Assembly (NCBI GenBank): GCA_030066685.1
Contig: JASJBF010000007.1
Span: forward strand, 7,061-71,060
Length of the DNA stretch: 64,000 nucleotides
Origin: Kiloniellales bacterium
GTDB taxonomy: Bacteria > Pseudomonadota > Alphaproteobacteria > Kiloniellales > JAKSBE01
Direction: 5' to 3'
The position numbers and the translations under genes are program-made. The notes under the pieces are model-generated. The model was given only the letters and a program-made list of their open reading frames with translations. It searched no databases and was not told the DNA's origin. The stretch's first letter is position 1. Each line of letters starts with the position of its first letter. Shown in pieces: positions 18,022 through 26,965 of the stretch.

Positions 18022-19083
18022 TTATCGGCAGGCCGAGTCGGCGGCCCGGGAGAGATCGACCCGGCCGGCCAGCCGCCGGCCGTCCGCGGAGATCTCCTCG
18101 AGGAAGAGTCGCCGGCCGGCCAGGCGGTAGCGCGCGCGAATCGACCGAAGGCCGCCATAGCCTTCGCCGACCAGCTGCCGCAGTCCGCCGAGCAGCAACG
18201 CGTCGACCTGGCGCGGGAAGAGCCGTACCGGATGGGCCTGGGAAAGCCCACTGTGGTGGCTGCGGATCCGGGCTGCGGCGGCCCGCTCCTCGTCGGAAAG
18301 ACTGCCGGAGGGCCGCCGGATGAAGCCGCTGTAGCGATCGCGGTTGATGTCCCAGGGCGTGCCCGCTTCGCCCCGGGCGAGGAAGATCCGGTCGTCCCGG
18401 TCGAGGAGCGCCACCTGCATCCCGTAGCAGGCGCTCAGCCGCCGATAGAGCCGGGCGCGCTCCGAGCGCTGGGCGGGCCAGGCCAGCTCGACCAAGGGCC
18501 CCGAGCCGTGTTCCAGCAGACGCAGCAGCCGGCGCCCGTCGGTCACGGCGACCTCGCCCGGCGCCACCACGGCGAGGTCCTCGCGCGGCTGCCGTTCGAA
18601 GACCTCGACCGGCTCCTGGCTGACCGCTTCTTCTCGAGGTGGCGCCGCAGCCTCCGACGGCGGAGAGCTCGGCAGCGGGACCTCCTGCGCCTCGGCTCTC
18701 GGCCGGGGCCGAAGCGCCGTGACCTCCTTTTTCGCGGCGGCGGCGGTCGCCTTGCGCGCTTCGGCCTCGAGGGCCTTGACGAGCCGTTGCGGCCTGGCTT
18801 GCGGCTCGCTGGCCCGCGCTGCCTCCGGCCGTGGCGCGGCCGCTTCTCCGCTTTCCGGGGCGACCGCCAAGTCCGGCGGCGGCGGCAAGACGACGCTCGG
18901 TACCGCGATCGGCCGGTCCTTTGAGCCCTCGGGCTCTGCGGCGGGCTGCGGCACCGGGGGCTCCCGGTGCTCAGGTTTCAGCTCTGACTGGCGATGGTTG
19001 GCGGCGGCCGCCAAGATCGCAATGACGAGCAGGCCAGCGGAGAGGCTGTTCGAGGCCTTGGTCGCAAGATGGCGCTTCTTCAT
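18022..19083 (-). CDS. N-terminally anchored protein with Pro-rich spacer (TonB/TolA-like architecture), last gene of the 12-gene operon
   Basis: 353 aa. TM LSAGLLVIAILAAAA, then PPVPQPAAEPE...VVLPPPPDLAVAPE, then a globular C-terminal domain. Confidence 0.55.
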   Translation of the reverse strand: MKKRHLATKASNSLSAGLLVIAILAAAANHRQSELKPEHREPPVPQPAAEPEGSKDRPIAVPSVVLPPPPDLAVAPESGEAAAPRPEAARASEPQARPQRLVKALEAEARKATAAAAKKEVTALRPRPRAEAQEVPLPSSPPSEAAAPPREEAVSQEPVEVFERQPREDLAVVAPGEVAVTDGRRLLRLLEHGSGPLVELAWPAQRSERARLYRRLSACYGMQVALLDRDDRIFLARGEAGTPWDINRDRYSGFIRRPSGSLSDEERAAAARIRSHHSGLSQAHPVRLFPRQVDALLLGGLRQLVGEGYGGLRSIRARYRLAGRRLFLEEISADGRRLAGRVDLSRAADSACR

Positions 19084-19086
19084 GTC

Positions 19087-19692
19087 CTAGCGTGCCATCT
19101 TGTCGACGAAGAGCAGCTCCATCTCCTCGGCCAGGGCGTGCAGCTCGCGGACCCGCTGTTCCGGGCTCATCAGCCGCTCGCCCTCGGCCAGGGCGACGGA
19201 AGCCGTCCCCTCGGCCGGGGCGACACCGCCGAGGACCTCCGCACGACGCTTCGCGACGGCGGGGTCGCGGAGCGCCGGCAGGGAGTCCGTCGTCGCCTTC
19301 TCCGGGAATTCTTCGGGGGACTCTGCGGATGCGGTACCGGCCTTTTCCGCGGTCGAGGCCGGAAGCCTCGCCTCGGGCGCCGGCTCGGCGCTTTCGGCCT
19401 TCGCTGCAGCCATCGTCTCTTGAGCCGTGTCTTCAAGCAAAGGTTCCGGCGCCCGAACCTCCGCGGGCGGGGTGCCGGGGTCGTCGGCATAGCCGTGAGC
19501 CGGATCACCATCGAGGGAAGGAGTCCCGGGCGGCCCGTCCAATGCCGCGTCGACCTTGTCCCGCGCGACCTCCCCGAGTCGCTCGGCCGAGGCGCGGAGA
19601 TGGCCGGAGGCGGCGTCCAGATCGCTCCGATCCGCCCCGAAGAGGTAGATCAGGGCGGCGATCACGGCGGCGTTGAAGAGCAGGAATTTCAT
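19087..19692 (-). CDS. N-terminally anchored acidic Pro/Ala-rich protein
   Basis: 201 aa. TM MKFLLFNAAVIAALIYLFGA. Low-complexity acidic linker and a short conserved-looking C-terminal helix. The start overlaps the upstream stop (ATGA). Confidence 0.55.
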   Translation of the reverse strand: MKFLLFNAAVIAALIYLFGADRSDLDAASGHLRASAERLGEVARDKVDAALDGPPGTPSLDGDPAHGYADDPGTPPAEVRAPEPLLEDTAQETMAAAKAESAEPAPEARLPASTAEKAGTASAESPEEFPEKATTDSLPALRDPAVAKRRAEVLGGVAPAEGTASVALAEGERLMSPEQRVRELHALAEEMELLFVDKMAR

Positions 19693-20234
19693 GATGCGAT
19701 CTCCTCACGACGCGATGCTTCGGCTTCGCGACCGGCCGAGGTCGGCTCGCTCCGCGTGCCCGCGATCAGCAGCAGGCTGCGCAGGAAGGCCGAGGTCGGC
19801 AGGCCGACGACGGTGGTCATGAAGGCCATGCTGAAGTTCTCGGTCAGACCTCTGATCACGACCTGGATGGTCTCAGGCGTGAGCTCCTGACCGGCCAGGC
19901 TGCCGATGCCGAGGCTGATGCCGAGCAGGGTATAGGTCAGCGCCAGGGTGGCGATGCCGTTCGCCGACTGGACCCCGGCGGTGAGCCAGGGCTGAAGTGC
20001 GGTGCCGGCCCGCTTGGCCTGGCAGACCTTGACCCAGCAGAACAGGGCCGCGAAGACCAGGCTGGCCAGGACTCCGGCGAAGGTCAGGCCGAGCACATCC
20101 CAGGCCCAGCTCGTGATGTCGTCGAGGCTGGTCGAGGTCGCCATCACGACCAGCGCCGCGGCGATCACCAGCCCGCCGAGCATGAAGCTCGCGGTCTGGG
20201 AGGCGGTGTCGATCAGCCCTGTCGCCCGGCGCAC
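19689..20234 (-). CDS. MotA/TolQ/ExbB-like small polytopic membrane protein (tentative)
   Basis: 181 aa, 4 predicted TM. The distal part TLALTYTLLGISLGIGSL...FSMAFMTTVVGLPTSAFL resembles the channel helices of the MotA/ExbB family. Confidence 0.45.
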   Translation of the reverse strand: MRRATGLIDTASQTASFMLGGLVIAAALVVMATSTSLDDITSWAWDVLGLTFAGVLASLVFAALFCWVKVCQAKRAGTALQPWLTAGVQSANGIATLALTYTLLGISLGIGSLAGQELTPETIQVVIRGLTENFSMAFMTTVVGLPTSAFLRSLLLIAGTRSEPTSAGREAEASRREEIAS

Positions 20235-20235
20235 G

Positions 20236-20625
20236 TCACCGCCTCCCGACCCGGGCGCTCATCAGCGAGTTGGTGGTGACTCCGACCTGCTCCAGCCAAT
20301 GGTCGATCAGGGTCCGGTTCTTCTCGATCGAGGCATGGACCAGGAAGGTCAGGTCGTAGTTCTGAAAGGCGGTCCGCACCGCCGGCGTGTTCCGGCCCTT
20401 GAGGCTATCGTCCCGCATCACCATGCGTTCCAGGTCGACCAAGCGGGCCCGGGAAACCTCCATGCTGTTTTCCCGTTCCGAGGGGCTCATGTCCGGCGAG
20501 AGCGAGGTCTTGAGGGCCAGGGCCCGCTCGCGTTCCAAGTTCTCGACCGTTCCGGCCTGGGCCACGCCGGTGGACGACATCAGGCCGAGCAGGACAATCG
20601 CGAACGATATAGGTCGGAGAGTCAT
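20236..20625 (-). CDS. small secreted protein
   Basis: 129 aa from MTLRPISFAIVLLGLMSSTGVAQA (signal peptide). Confidence 0.55.
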   Translation of the reverse strand: MTLRPISFAIVLLGLMSSTGVAQAGTVENLERERALALKTSLSPDMSPSERENSMEVSRARLVDLERMVMRDDSLKGRNTPAVRTAFQNYDLTFLVHASIEKNRTLIDHWLEQVGVTTNSLMSARVGRR

Positions 20626-20649
20626 CTTTCCTTCCTTTCCAAAGGGCAA

Positions 20650-21558
20650 TCAGGGCACGAAGAACTCGACCGCCGCGGTGATGCCGACGGCCTCGGCTTC
20701 ACCCTCGGGCTCCGTCTCGCCGCCACCGGTCAAGAGGTCGGACAGCGCCAGCGCGTCAAGGGACACCAGCTTGGCCATGTAGCCGAGGATGGTCTCCTCC
20801 TGATCGATGATGGCGATCTCGGACTGGGTCTCACCGACGAGCTGGCGAAGGTACTCCTGCTTCGTCACCGGCCGCCCGTTGAGCTGGGAATCGGCGCTCA
20901 TGGGGTGGGTCTTGATCGCGGCCAGGAGGCGTTCGATCGCGACCACGTTCTTGGCGTGCTCGCGGGCGTATTTGCTCTGCCCCGTCATCGGGGTGCTGAA
21001 GAGCTTGAGATCGACCTTGGAGATCGAGCGCTGCAGCCGGCGCTGGGCCTGCTCCTGGGTCTCGACCAGCGCCTGCCGCTCCGGCGTCATCGCCGCCTCT
21101 TCCCGGCTGAGCTTGCCGAGCAACCTTTCGAAGAGGCGCATTTTGGTCGTCGCCTGCTGGCGCCGCAGGTCCTGATGCCGGCCGACGAGCTCGAGGTAGT
21201 CCCGCTTCTCGGCGAGGAACTGGTGGCTCAATTCGGTCTTGAGGTCGCCCTCAGCGGCCTCGATCGCGAGCTGCAGGTCGGTCAGGGTCTGGGCCTTCAG
21301 GTCCATTAGGTTTTCCGTGTCCCGCAGGGACGCGGCCAGCCGCGAGCCTGCGAAGTCGTTGTCGACGGCCTTCTTGAGGTAGGACCCGGGCAGCTTGATG
21401 AGCCGCTCGCTGGCCACGGGGTTCCAGACGGCCGCGTCCGGCTCCGTGCTCGCCAGGGACTGGGACAGCCCCGCCAGCAGCGCCAGGGTCAGCACGACCG
21501 TCACGGTGAGGTGAAGCAGGGTCGATCTGCCGCGGGTCTTCGGGAGCATTCGGGTCAT
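20650..21558 (-). CDS. secreted coiled-coil protein
   Basis: 302 aa. Signal/anchor LHLTVTVVLTLALLAGL. Long heptad-like Q/E/L/R-rich stretches. Confidence 0.6.
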   Translation of the reverse strand: MTRMLPKTRGRSTLLHLTVTVVLTLALLAGLSQSLASTEPDAAVWNPVASERLIKLPGSYLKKAVDNDFAGSRLAASLRDTENLMDLKAQTLTDLQLAIEAAEGDLKTELSHQFLAEKRDYLELVGRHQDLRRQQATTKMRLFERLLGKLSREEAAMTPERQALVETQEQAQRRLQRSISKVDLKLFSTPMTGQSKYAREHAKNVVAIERLLAAIKTHPMSADSQLNGRPVTKQEYLRQLVGETQSEIAIIDQEETILGYMAKLVSLDALALSDLLTGGGETEPEGEAEAVGITAAVEFFVP

Positions 21559-21586
21559 CGCTTGCGTCCTCGCTTCGGGGGGAGCG

Positions 21587-22165
21587 TCAGTTGTGCTTCC
21601 AGTACTCGACGCGGCGCATCTCGTCCTTGAGCGTCGAGCTCACGTTGAGCGTCGCGTACTGGCCGAAGTCGGTGGGATCCCTCTGGCCGAGGAGTACTTC
21701 CATGGTCTCCCGGAAGGACGAGCCGTCGGGGTAGTAGAGGTCCTTGTCGGGGAAGGCCTGCTTGAAGCGCTCCAGGTTCCTGCGTGCCGCGCCGGCATCG
21801 CCGCCCTTGAGATAGTTCTGGACCGTCAGGGCGACGGCCCGCATGCGTTCGTCGGCCGAGACCGTCGACGCCTCCGCCCCGAGGTCGGCGCCGCAGCGCT
21901 CGAGAAGGCGGGCGCTGGCCAGGTAGCGCGCGGAGTCGCCGCTGGTGCGGGCCTGGCCGTCGAGGTCGAGAGCCTCGTCGCGGCAGGACTGAAAGCCCCG
22001 CATCGCCGAGATGTCCTGGTAGCGGTCCTCGCGGAAGGTGATGCTGTCGAAATCCGGCAGCGACGGGGTCATGCTGCAGGCGCCCAGAACGGCCAGGGTC
22101 GCCGCCGCCAAGATCGGCGCGCGCAGGCCTCGAAGAACGGTCTGATGTCGGAGATGGCGCTTCAT
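21587..22165 (-). CDS. lipoprotein
   Basis: 192 aa from MKRHLRHQTVLRGLRAPILAAATLAVLGAC (lipobox LGAC). Confidence 0.6.
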   Translation of the reverse strand: MKRHLRHQTVLRGLRAPILAAATLAVLGACSMTPSLPDFDSITFREDRYQDISAMRGFQSCRDEALDLDGQARTSGDSARYLASARLLERCGADLGAEASTVSADERMRAVALTVQNYLKGGDAGAARRNLERFKQAFPDKDLYYPDGSSFRETMEVLLGQRDPTDFGQYATLNVSSTLKDEMRRVEYWKHN

Positions 22166-22267
22166 CGCCCGGTCCCTTCTTGTGTTTGCCTGCAAGGGCT
22201 ATGGAAGGGCCTGGGAGATTTTTTCCGGTCGCGGATCGGCGCGGCCGAGGTGACCCGAAATGCCGCT

Positions 22268-23524
22268 TCAGGGCGAAAGGACGTGGGTCGCGTCGATGAC
22301 CTTCAGCCCGGATTGCCTCAGGTCCCGCAGAAGGGCTTCCCACTCTTCCACGCTGCGCGACGGGCCGAGCGCCCCCGAGATGTTCTCGAGCCGCTCGGCG
22401 GCGCGCTCCTCCGCCTCGAGACTGGTGATCACCGCGAGGCGATGGAAGAGCTCGGTCTCCAGGTGGCGCGGCAGTCGGACGTCGATCGACAGGCTCTCCG
22501 CCCCCTCGAGTTCGTGGGCCCGGGTCAGGGTCCGGGTGTGCAGGCGCGGCGCCGTCTTGCCGGCCCGCGCCCCGAGGACCCAGACCCGGGCCGGTGCCGC
22601 CCCGTTTGTGATCTTGTACTGGAGCCGGCAGAGCCGCGCGCCGGCACGGGTCCCGACGCGCTCGCCGGGCGAGAGCGCGGTCTCGACGATCTGCGGGTCG
22701 GCCGCGCCGAAGGTCACGGCGGCGCAGCTGTCCCCCTCGAGCGCGCGCAGCTCCACCGCGGCGAGCGATAGACCCGCCCGGCTCGGCAGGCTCCGGTCCT
22801 GCCGCATCCCGGCGTCGGCCGGCGCCAGGACCTGGCTGCCCCAGCCGGCGGCCATCAGGAGCGCGCTCGCCAGGCCGAAGCCGACCAGCGACCAGGCGAG
22901 AGCCCGTTCCTCCCCGGTATCGCGGGACGCCGCCAGCGAGGCGGCGCGCCCGCCGGCGCCGCGGAGCGGCGGCAAGCCGAGATGCCGCAGCACCTCGTCC
23001 GCCGAGCCGACGGGCAGGACGTCGGGATCCCGGCCGGCGGCCGATGGCTCCAGGTCTTTTCCATTGTCCCCGGGCAGGAAGAGCGTCACCGGCGTGCCCG
23101 AGTCCTCGAGGTCGCGGAACAGCGCCGAGGAGCTCCGGAGCTTCTCGCCGATATGGGAGACGGCGAGCACCTCACGATCCCGGTCAACCTCGCCGGTCAG
23201 CCAGATCACCCGGTCTGCGCTCTGGTTCCTCTCAGCGAGCCGCCCGGCCGCGAAGAGCGCATGCGCGACGAGGACGCCGAGTTGCCAGCTCAGCCCCGCC
23301 GAGATCGGCAGCGAGAGGTCGAGGCGGTAGGCCGGGTGCCCGAAGGCCGCCTCCAGTAGGCCGGTGGGCTTGCGGACGAAGGCGTCGTATCCCGGGCTGA
23401 TCGGCAGCGCAACGGCCTTGCAGTCGAGGCAGATCACCGACTTGACGTTCGGGTCCTCGGCGGTGATGCGCTGGACCTCGGCGGGGCCCTCGGTCGTCGC
23501 GATGTAGACTCTGACCTTGGTCAC
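22268..23524 (-). CDS. bitopic membrane protein with N-terminal Lon-protease-(S16)-like motif and extracytoplasmic C-terminal domain
   Basis: 418 aa. PISAGLSWQLGVLVAHAL...VIWLTGEVDRDREVLAVSHIGEKL parallels Lon PSAG...TGE..L.G.VLPIGG.KEK (Ser and Lys present). Central TM ALAWSLVGFGLASALLMAAGWG. Confidence 0.5.
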   Translation of the reverse strand: MTKVRVYIATTEGPAEVQRITAEDPNVKSVICLDCKAVALPISPGYDAFVRKPTGLLEAAFGHPAYRLDLSLPISAGLSWQLGVLVAHALFAAGRLAERNQSADRVIWLTGEVDRDREVLAVSHIGEKLRSSSALFRDLEDSGTPVTLFLPGDNGKDLEPSAAGRDPDVLPVGSADEVLRHLGLPPLRGAGGRAASLAASRDTGEERALAWSLVGFGLASALLMAAGWGSQVLAPADAGMRQDRSLPSRAGLSLAAVELRALEGDSCAAVTFGAADPQIVETALSPGERVGTRAGARLCRLQYKITNGAAPARVWVLGARAGKTAPRLHTRTLTRAHELEGAESLSIDVRLPRHLETELFHRLAVITSLEAEERAAERLENISGALGPSRSVEEWEALLRDLRQSGLKVIDATHVLSP

Positions 23525-24087
23525 GACAGAAAGACCTCGCTTTCGGGATGGCTCAGCGCCCGGACCAGGTCCGACTCGGCGTCGGCCAGAAGCTGAATGG
23601 TCCCGCCATCGGCGTCGGGCAGCGCATGTTTGACCAGGCGGTCGTCCGGCTGGGAGACGAAGAGGGTGCGCGGCGGCCCTGAGGTGAGGTCGAGAACGTC
23701 GATGACCACGTAGACCTGCGCGGGCTCGGCGCGGGACGGGCGCAGGCTGATCGTGAAACCGGCCCCGCGGCGGCTCGACTCGAGGCCGCTGCTGGCCGCG
23801 GCGAGCCGCGGCGCGTGATGGCGCGCGCGTTTGCGCAGCAGCCGCTCCATGTCACGCGCCAGGCCCGGGCGCGCCGACAAGGCCCGCTCCAGCGCTTCGC
23901 TCATGGGGCGCCGGGGATCGGTCACGTAGGCGTAGAGATCCGAGAAGCCGGCGGAGCGCTCCCCGGCATCCCGCCCTTCGGCGCCGGCCAGCAGGCCGTC
24001 AAGCGCCGAGAGCGCTTCGAAGGCCTGTCGCGCCGCGTCTTGTTGGTCTCGCGTGAAGCGTCTCCAGGTGTTGGTCATTTCGGACAC
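23521..24087 (-). CDS. hypothetical protein
   Basis: 188 aa. The stop overlaps the next start (ATGA-type). Its 5' end overlaps the upstream ORF by about 80-89 nt. Confidence 0.5.
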   Translation of the reverse strand: MSEMTNTWRRFTRDQQDAARQAFEALSALDGLLAGAEGRDAGERSAGFSDLYAYVTDPRRPMSEALERALSARPGLARDMERLLRKRARHHAPRLAAASSGLESSRRGAGFTISLRPSRAEPAQVYVVIDVLDLTSGPPRTLFVSQPDDRLVKHALPDADGGTIQLLADAESDLVRALSHPESEVFLS

Positions 24088-25726
24088 CGTAGATGATGAG
24101 AAACTGACTGCGGAAGGTCTGCCGGTCCGCCTCGAACTGGCTTTGCCAGTCGGTCTGGGGAAGCCTCACCCTGGAGAGGTGATCGCCGAAGGCGGAGAGT
24201 TCGCGCTCGAGCTCGAGCAGCGGCTCGATCGCAGCGACGAAGCCTTCCACGACCTCGGGGTCGCGGGCCTCGTCTTCCCGGAAGCCCTGCCTGGCGAGGC
24301 TCTTGAAGGCCTGCCTGGCGTCCTGCATCAGGGACGCCATCGCCGGTCCGGCGATCGAAGGATCTTCCAAACCCGGGAGCAGCCTTTCCCAGGGCTTGCC
24401 GACGGTCAGCGCCACGACGTTTCGGTGCTCACCCGCGCAGAGCAAGCGGCCACGGAAGGGACGCAGGTCGATGTCGGGCCGCAAGGCGACCGCGATCGTC
24501 AGGGCCTCCCAGCGGCGCGCGCGCAGCAGGACGTGAACGGTGGCGAGCAGAACGCGCTCGACATGGCGGCGAAGCTCGGCCAGGCGGACTCGCCGGCTTT
24601 CGTAGTCCATCGCCGGCGAGCCATCGATGACTCCCCGAAGGGCCTCGACCGGGGTCCGGCGCCGCAGGGCCTGGGAGATCCGGGTCTGGACCGCGCCGAA
24701 GACCTCGCTGCGCAGCAGGGACAGCGCCAGGGTGCGACTGACCGAGCCATGCTCGACCAGCCCTTCCAGCTCGGCGGCCTCGGTCTTGGTAAGGAACTTG
24801 ATCCGCCGGGCCGCCGTCTCGCGCAGCCGCGTCAGGCAGTCCTCGGTTTCGGCAAGGGCTTCGACCGCGATCTGCAGCTCCGCGGGATCGATCTCCCCGG
24901 CTTCCCGGTCCGGGCCGATCGCCCGCGGATGCGCAAGCGCCTGCCGGTCGCGGGCCAGGATCAAGGCCTGGCGCAGGCGTACGAAGCTCCGGAACACGGA
25001 CAGGAAGGTCCGGAAATCCGGCGTCTCGGCAGCCGATTCCGCCAGCCAGAAGCCCAGGATCGCCTCGTCGTCGATGGCCGTCTCGTCGAAGTCGCCGTCG
25101 TGGCGGCGGACCAGGTAGTCGGTCAGTCGATTGAAGTTGCGCTGGGTCTGGGCGCTGGGCAGGTGCGCGTTCAGGAAGCCGTAGAGGGCGCGGGACAGGT
25201 GCTTTGCGGTGTCGGAAACGGCGGCCGCCGTCGGGCCCTGCTCCAGCATGACCTGCAAGGCGTCGTCGAGCGCCCGGTAGCCGAGCACCGTGACCAGGAA
25301 CTCCATCAGGGCGGAGAGCAGCGGCATGCGGGCAAAGGCGACGCCAAAGCTGCCGTCGGCATAGACGATCTCGACACCGCTGTCGCTGGCCGAGATCCGC
25401 GGCTGCCCCTCGCCGCCGTTGCGCAGACGCGCGCCGATGAAGCCCCGGAAACCCGCGGCGCGTGCCGGGCCGCTGTCCCAGAACAGGCCTTCGTAGGAAC
25501 TCCGCCGCGTGCTGCAGGCCTTGGCGACGCCCACCAGATGGCAAAGCTCCAGCACGGCGGGCGCATAGCAGCGGCAGACGATGATCCGCGCCAGCTTGCG
25601 GCTGACCCCTGGCGAGAACTTGGCGGCACCCGCGCACTCGGCTTCGGCGACGATCCGGAAGGCGGCGTCGAGCTCCGGGCTCTTGCCCGCCTCCAGCAGC
25701 ATCCCCTCAGCCCCCACCGAGGACAT
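23999..25726 (-). CDS. large predicted alpha-helical cytoplasmic protein of unknown function
   Basis: 575 aa from MSSVGAEGMLLEAGK. No Walker A or other motif recognised. The ATG lies 1 nt after the stop of the upstream SLT gene. Confidence 0.6.
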   Translation of the reverse strand: MSSVGAEGMLLEAGKSPELDAAFRIVAEAECAGAAKFSPGVSRKLARIIVCRCYAPAVLELCHLVGVAKACSTRRSSYEGLFWDSGPARAAGFRGFIGARLRNGGEGQPRISASDSGVEIVYADGSFGVAFARMPLLSALMEFLVTVLGYRALDDALQVMLEQGPTAAAVSDTAKHLSRALYGFLNAHLPSAQTQRNFNRLTDYLVRRHDGDFDETAIDDEAILGFWLAESAAETPDFRTFLSVFRSFVRLRQALILARDRQALAHPRAIGPDREAGEIDPAELQIAVEALAETEDCLTRLRETAARRIKFLTKTEAAELEGLVEHGSVSRTLALSLLRSEVFGAVQTRISQALRRRTPVEALRGVIDGSPAMDYESRRVRLAELRRHVERVLLATVHVLLRARRWEALTIAVALRPDIDLRPFRGRLLCAGEHRNVVALTVGKPWERLLPGLEDPSIAGPAMASLMQDARQAFKSLARQGFREDEARDPEVVEGFVAAIEPLLELERELSAFGDHLSRVRLPQTDWQSQFEADRQTFRSQFLIIYGVRNDQHLETLHARPTRRGATGLRSALGA

Positions 25727-25727
25727 A

Positions 25728-26258
25728 TCAGATCGTCTCCTTCGCCAACTGCGCGCTGTAGAGCTCCTGCAGCCGCAGCACCCGTGCCACGTAGCGAGAG
25801 GTCGCGGGGATGACCCTTGCGTTCGGCAGGTCACCGACCGCGGAGCCTCCGTTGTAGTACGAGAGCGCCAGGTCGGTTCGTCCCCGATAGCGTTTCAGCA
25901 GGCGTTTCAGGAAATGCAGCCCAAGGCGCACGTTGATCCGCGGGTCCCAGAGCTGCTCGGCCCGGATGCCGTACTCGCCCATCGCCGTTCTCGGCATGAT
26001 CTGCATGACGCCCCGGGCGCCCTTGGGGCTCCGCGCCCGCGGATTGAAGTTCGATTCGGCGTGCGCCACGGCCAGGGCGAGCGAGACCGACACGCCCAGG
26101 CTGCGGGCCTCCCGCACCACCAGGGTCCTGACCCGACGCTTTTCTTCGGCCCGGTCGGCGGGCTTGTGGCCGAGCGCAGGGCCCGAGCAGCCGCCCAGGG
26201 CGAGGACGAGCATCGAAAGTTCGAGGGCCTTCCTTCGGCTGATCACGGTTCCAGGCAT
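25728..26258 (-). CDS. lytic transglycosylase (SLT domain) lipoprotein
   Basis: 176 aa. Lipobox LALGGC. AVAHAESNFNP (catalytic Glu-Ser), GARGVMQIMP, ALSYYNGG. Confidence 0.8.
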   Translation of the reverse strand: MPGTVISRRKALELSMLVLALGGCSGPALGHKPADRAEEKRRVRTLVVREARSLGVSVSLALAVAHAESNFNPRARSPKGARGVMQIMPRTAMGEYGIRAEQLWDPRINVRLGLHFLKRLLKRYRGRTDLALSYYNGGSAVGDLPNARVIPATSRYVARVLRLQELYSAQLAKETI

Positions 26259-26278
26259 GAGATCTCGCTCCCCTGCGC

Positions 26279-26965
26279 TCAACTGTCGTTCCGCCGCACC
26301 AGCGGCGCGAAATCGTCGAGATGCTGCCGCGCAGCCCGGCGGCGCACCTCGATCGCCTTCTCGAAGTCGTCCATCGTCCCCGGCTCTTCGCGCCGTGGAG
26401 AGACGGCGCTCGAAGCCGTCCAAGCCTTGCCTTCACGGCGATAGGGCGCCACGATCGAGGCCAGCCGCCCGTTGCCGGCCCTCAGCTCGCCCGCCCAGGA
26501 CCGCGCCTCGGCTCGGTACTGGCGCTGCAGTCGCAGCACCTCGTTCACGAAGGCGGATGTCCCGGGGTTGTCCCCGCCGGAGCCGCCGCCGTAGTGGGAC
26601 AGCGCGGCTTCCCAGCGGCCGTCGTAGCGTCGGATAAGGTTTTGCAGGCGGTCGATGCCGAGTTGGACGTTGAGCCGGGGCTCCCAGAGCCGCTCGGGGT
26701 CCACGCCGTAGTCCTTCTCGGCGATTCCCGGCGGGACCTGCATGACCCCCCGCGCACCCTCGGAGTCTTGCGCATCGTCGCGAAAATCGGACTCGGCCTT
26801 GGCCACGGCCATGGCCAGGGAGGGCGGGAACCCGGCCCGCAGTGCTTCCTCGACAACGATCCGCTTGACCTCCGCGCGGGTTGCGGCCGCCGCGGGGTCA
26901 CCCAGCCCGGCCAAGCCGATCGCGGCGGCAAGCCCCCAGGCGACTGCCGACCTGACAGCGGTCAT
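26279..26965 (-). CDS. lytic transglycosylase (SLT domain), secreted, with C-terminal extension
   Basis: 228 aa. Signal peptide. AVAKAESDFRD, GARGVMQVPP, ALSHYGGG. Confidence 0.8.
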   Translation of the reverse strand: MTAVRSAVAWGLAAAIGLAGLGDPAAAATRAEVKRIVVEEALRAGFPPSLAMAVAKAESDFRDDAQDSEGARGVMQVPPGIAEKDYGVDPERLWEPRLNVQLGIDRLQNLIRRYDGRWEAALSHYGGGSGGDNPGTSAFVNEVLRLQRQYRAEARSWAGELRAGNGRLASIVAPYRREGKAWTASSAVSPRREEPGTMDDFEKAIEVRRRAARQHLDDFAPLVRRNDS

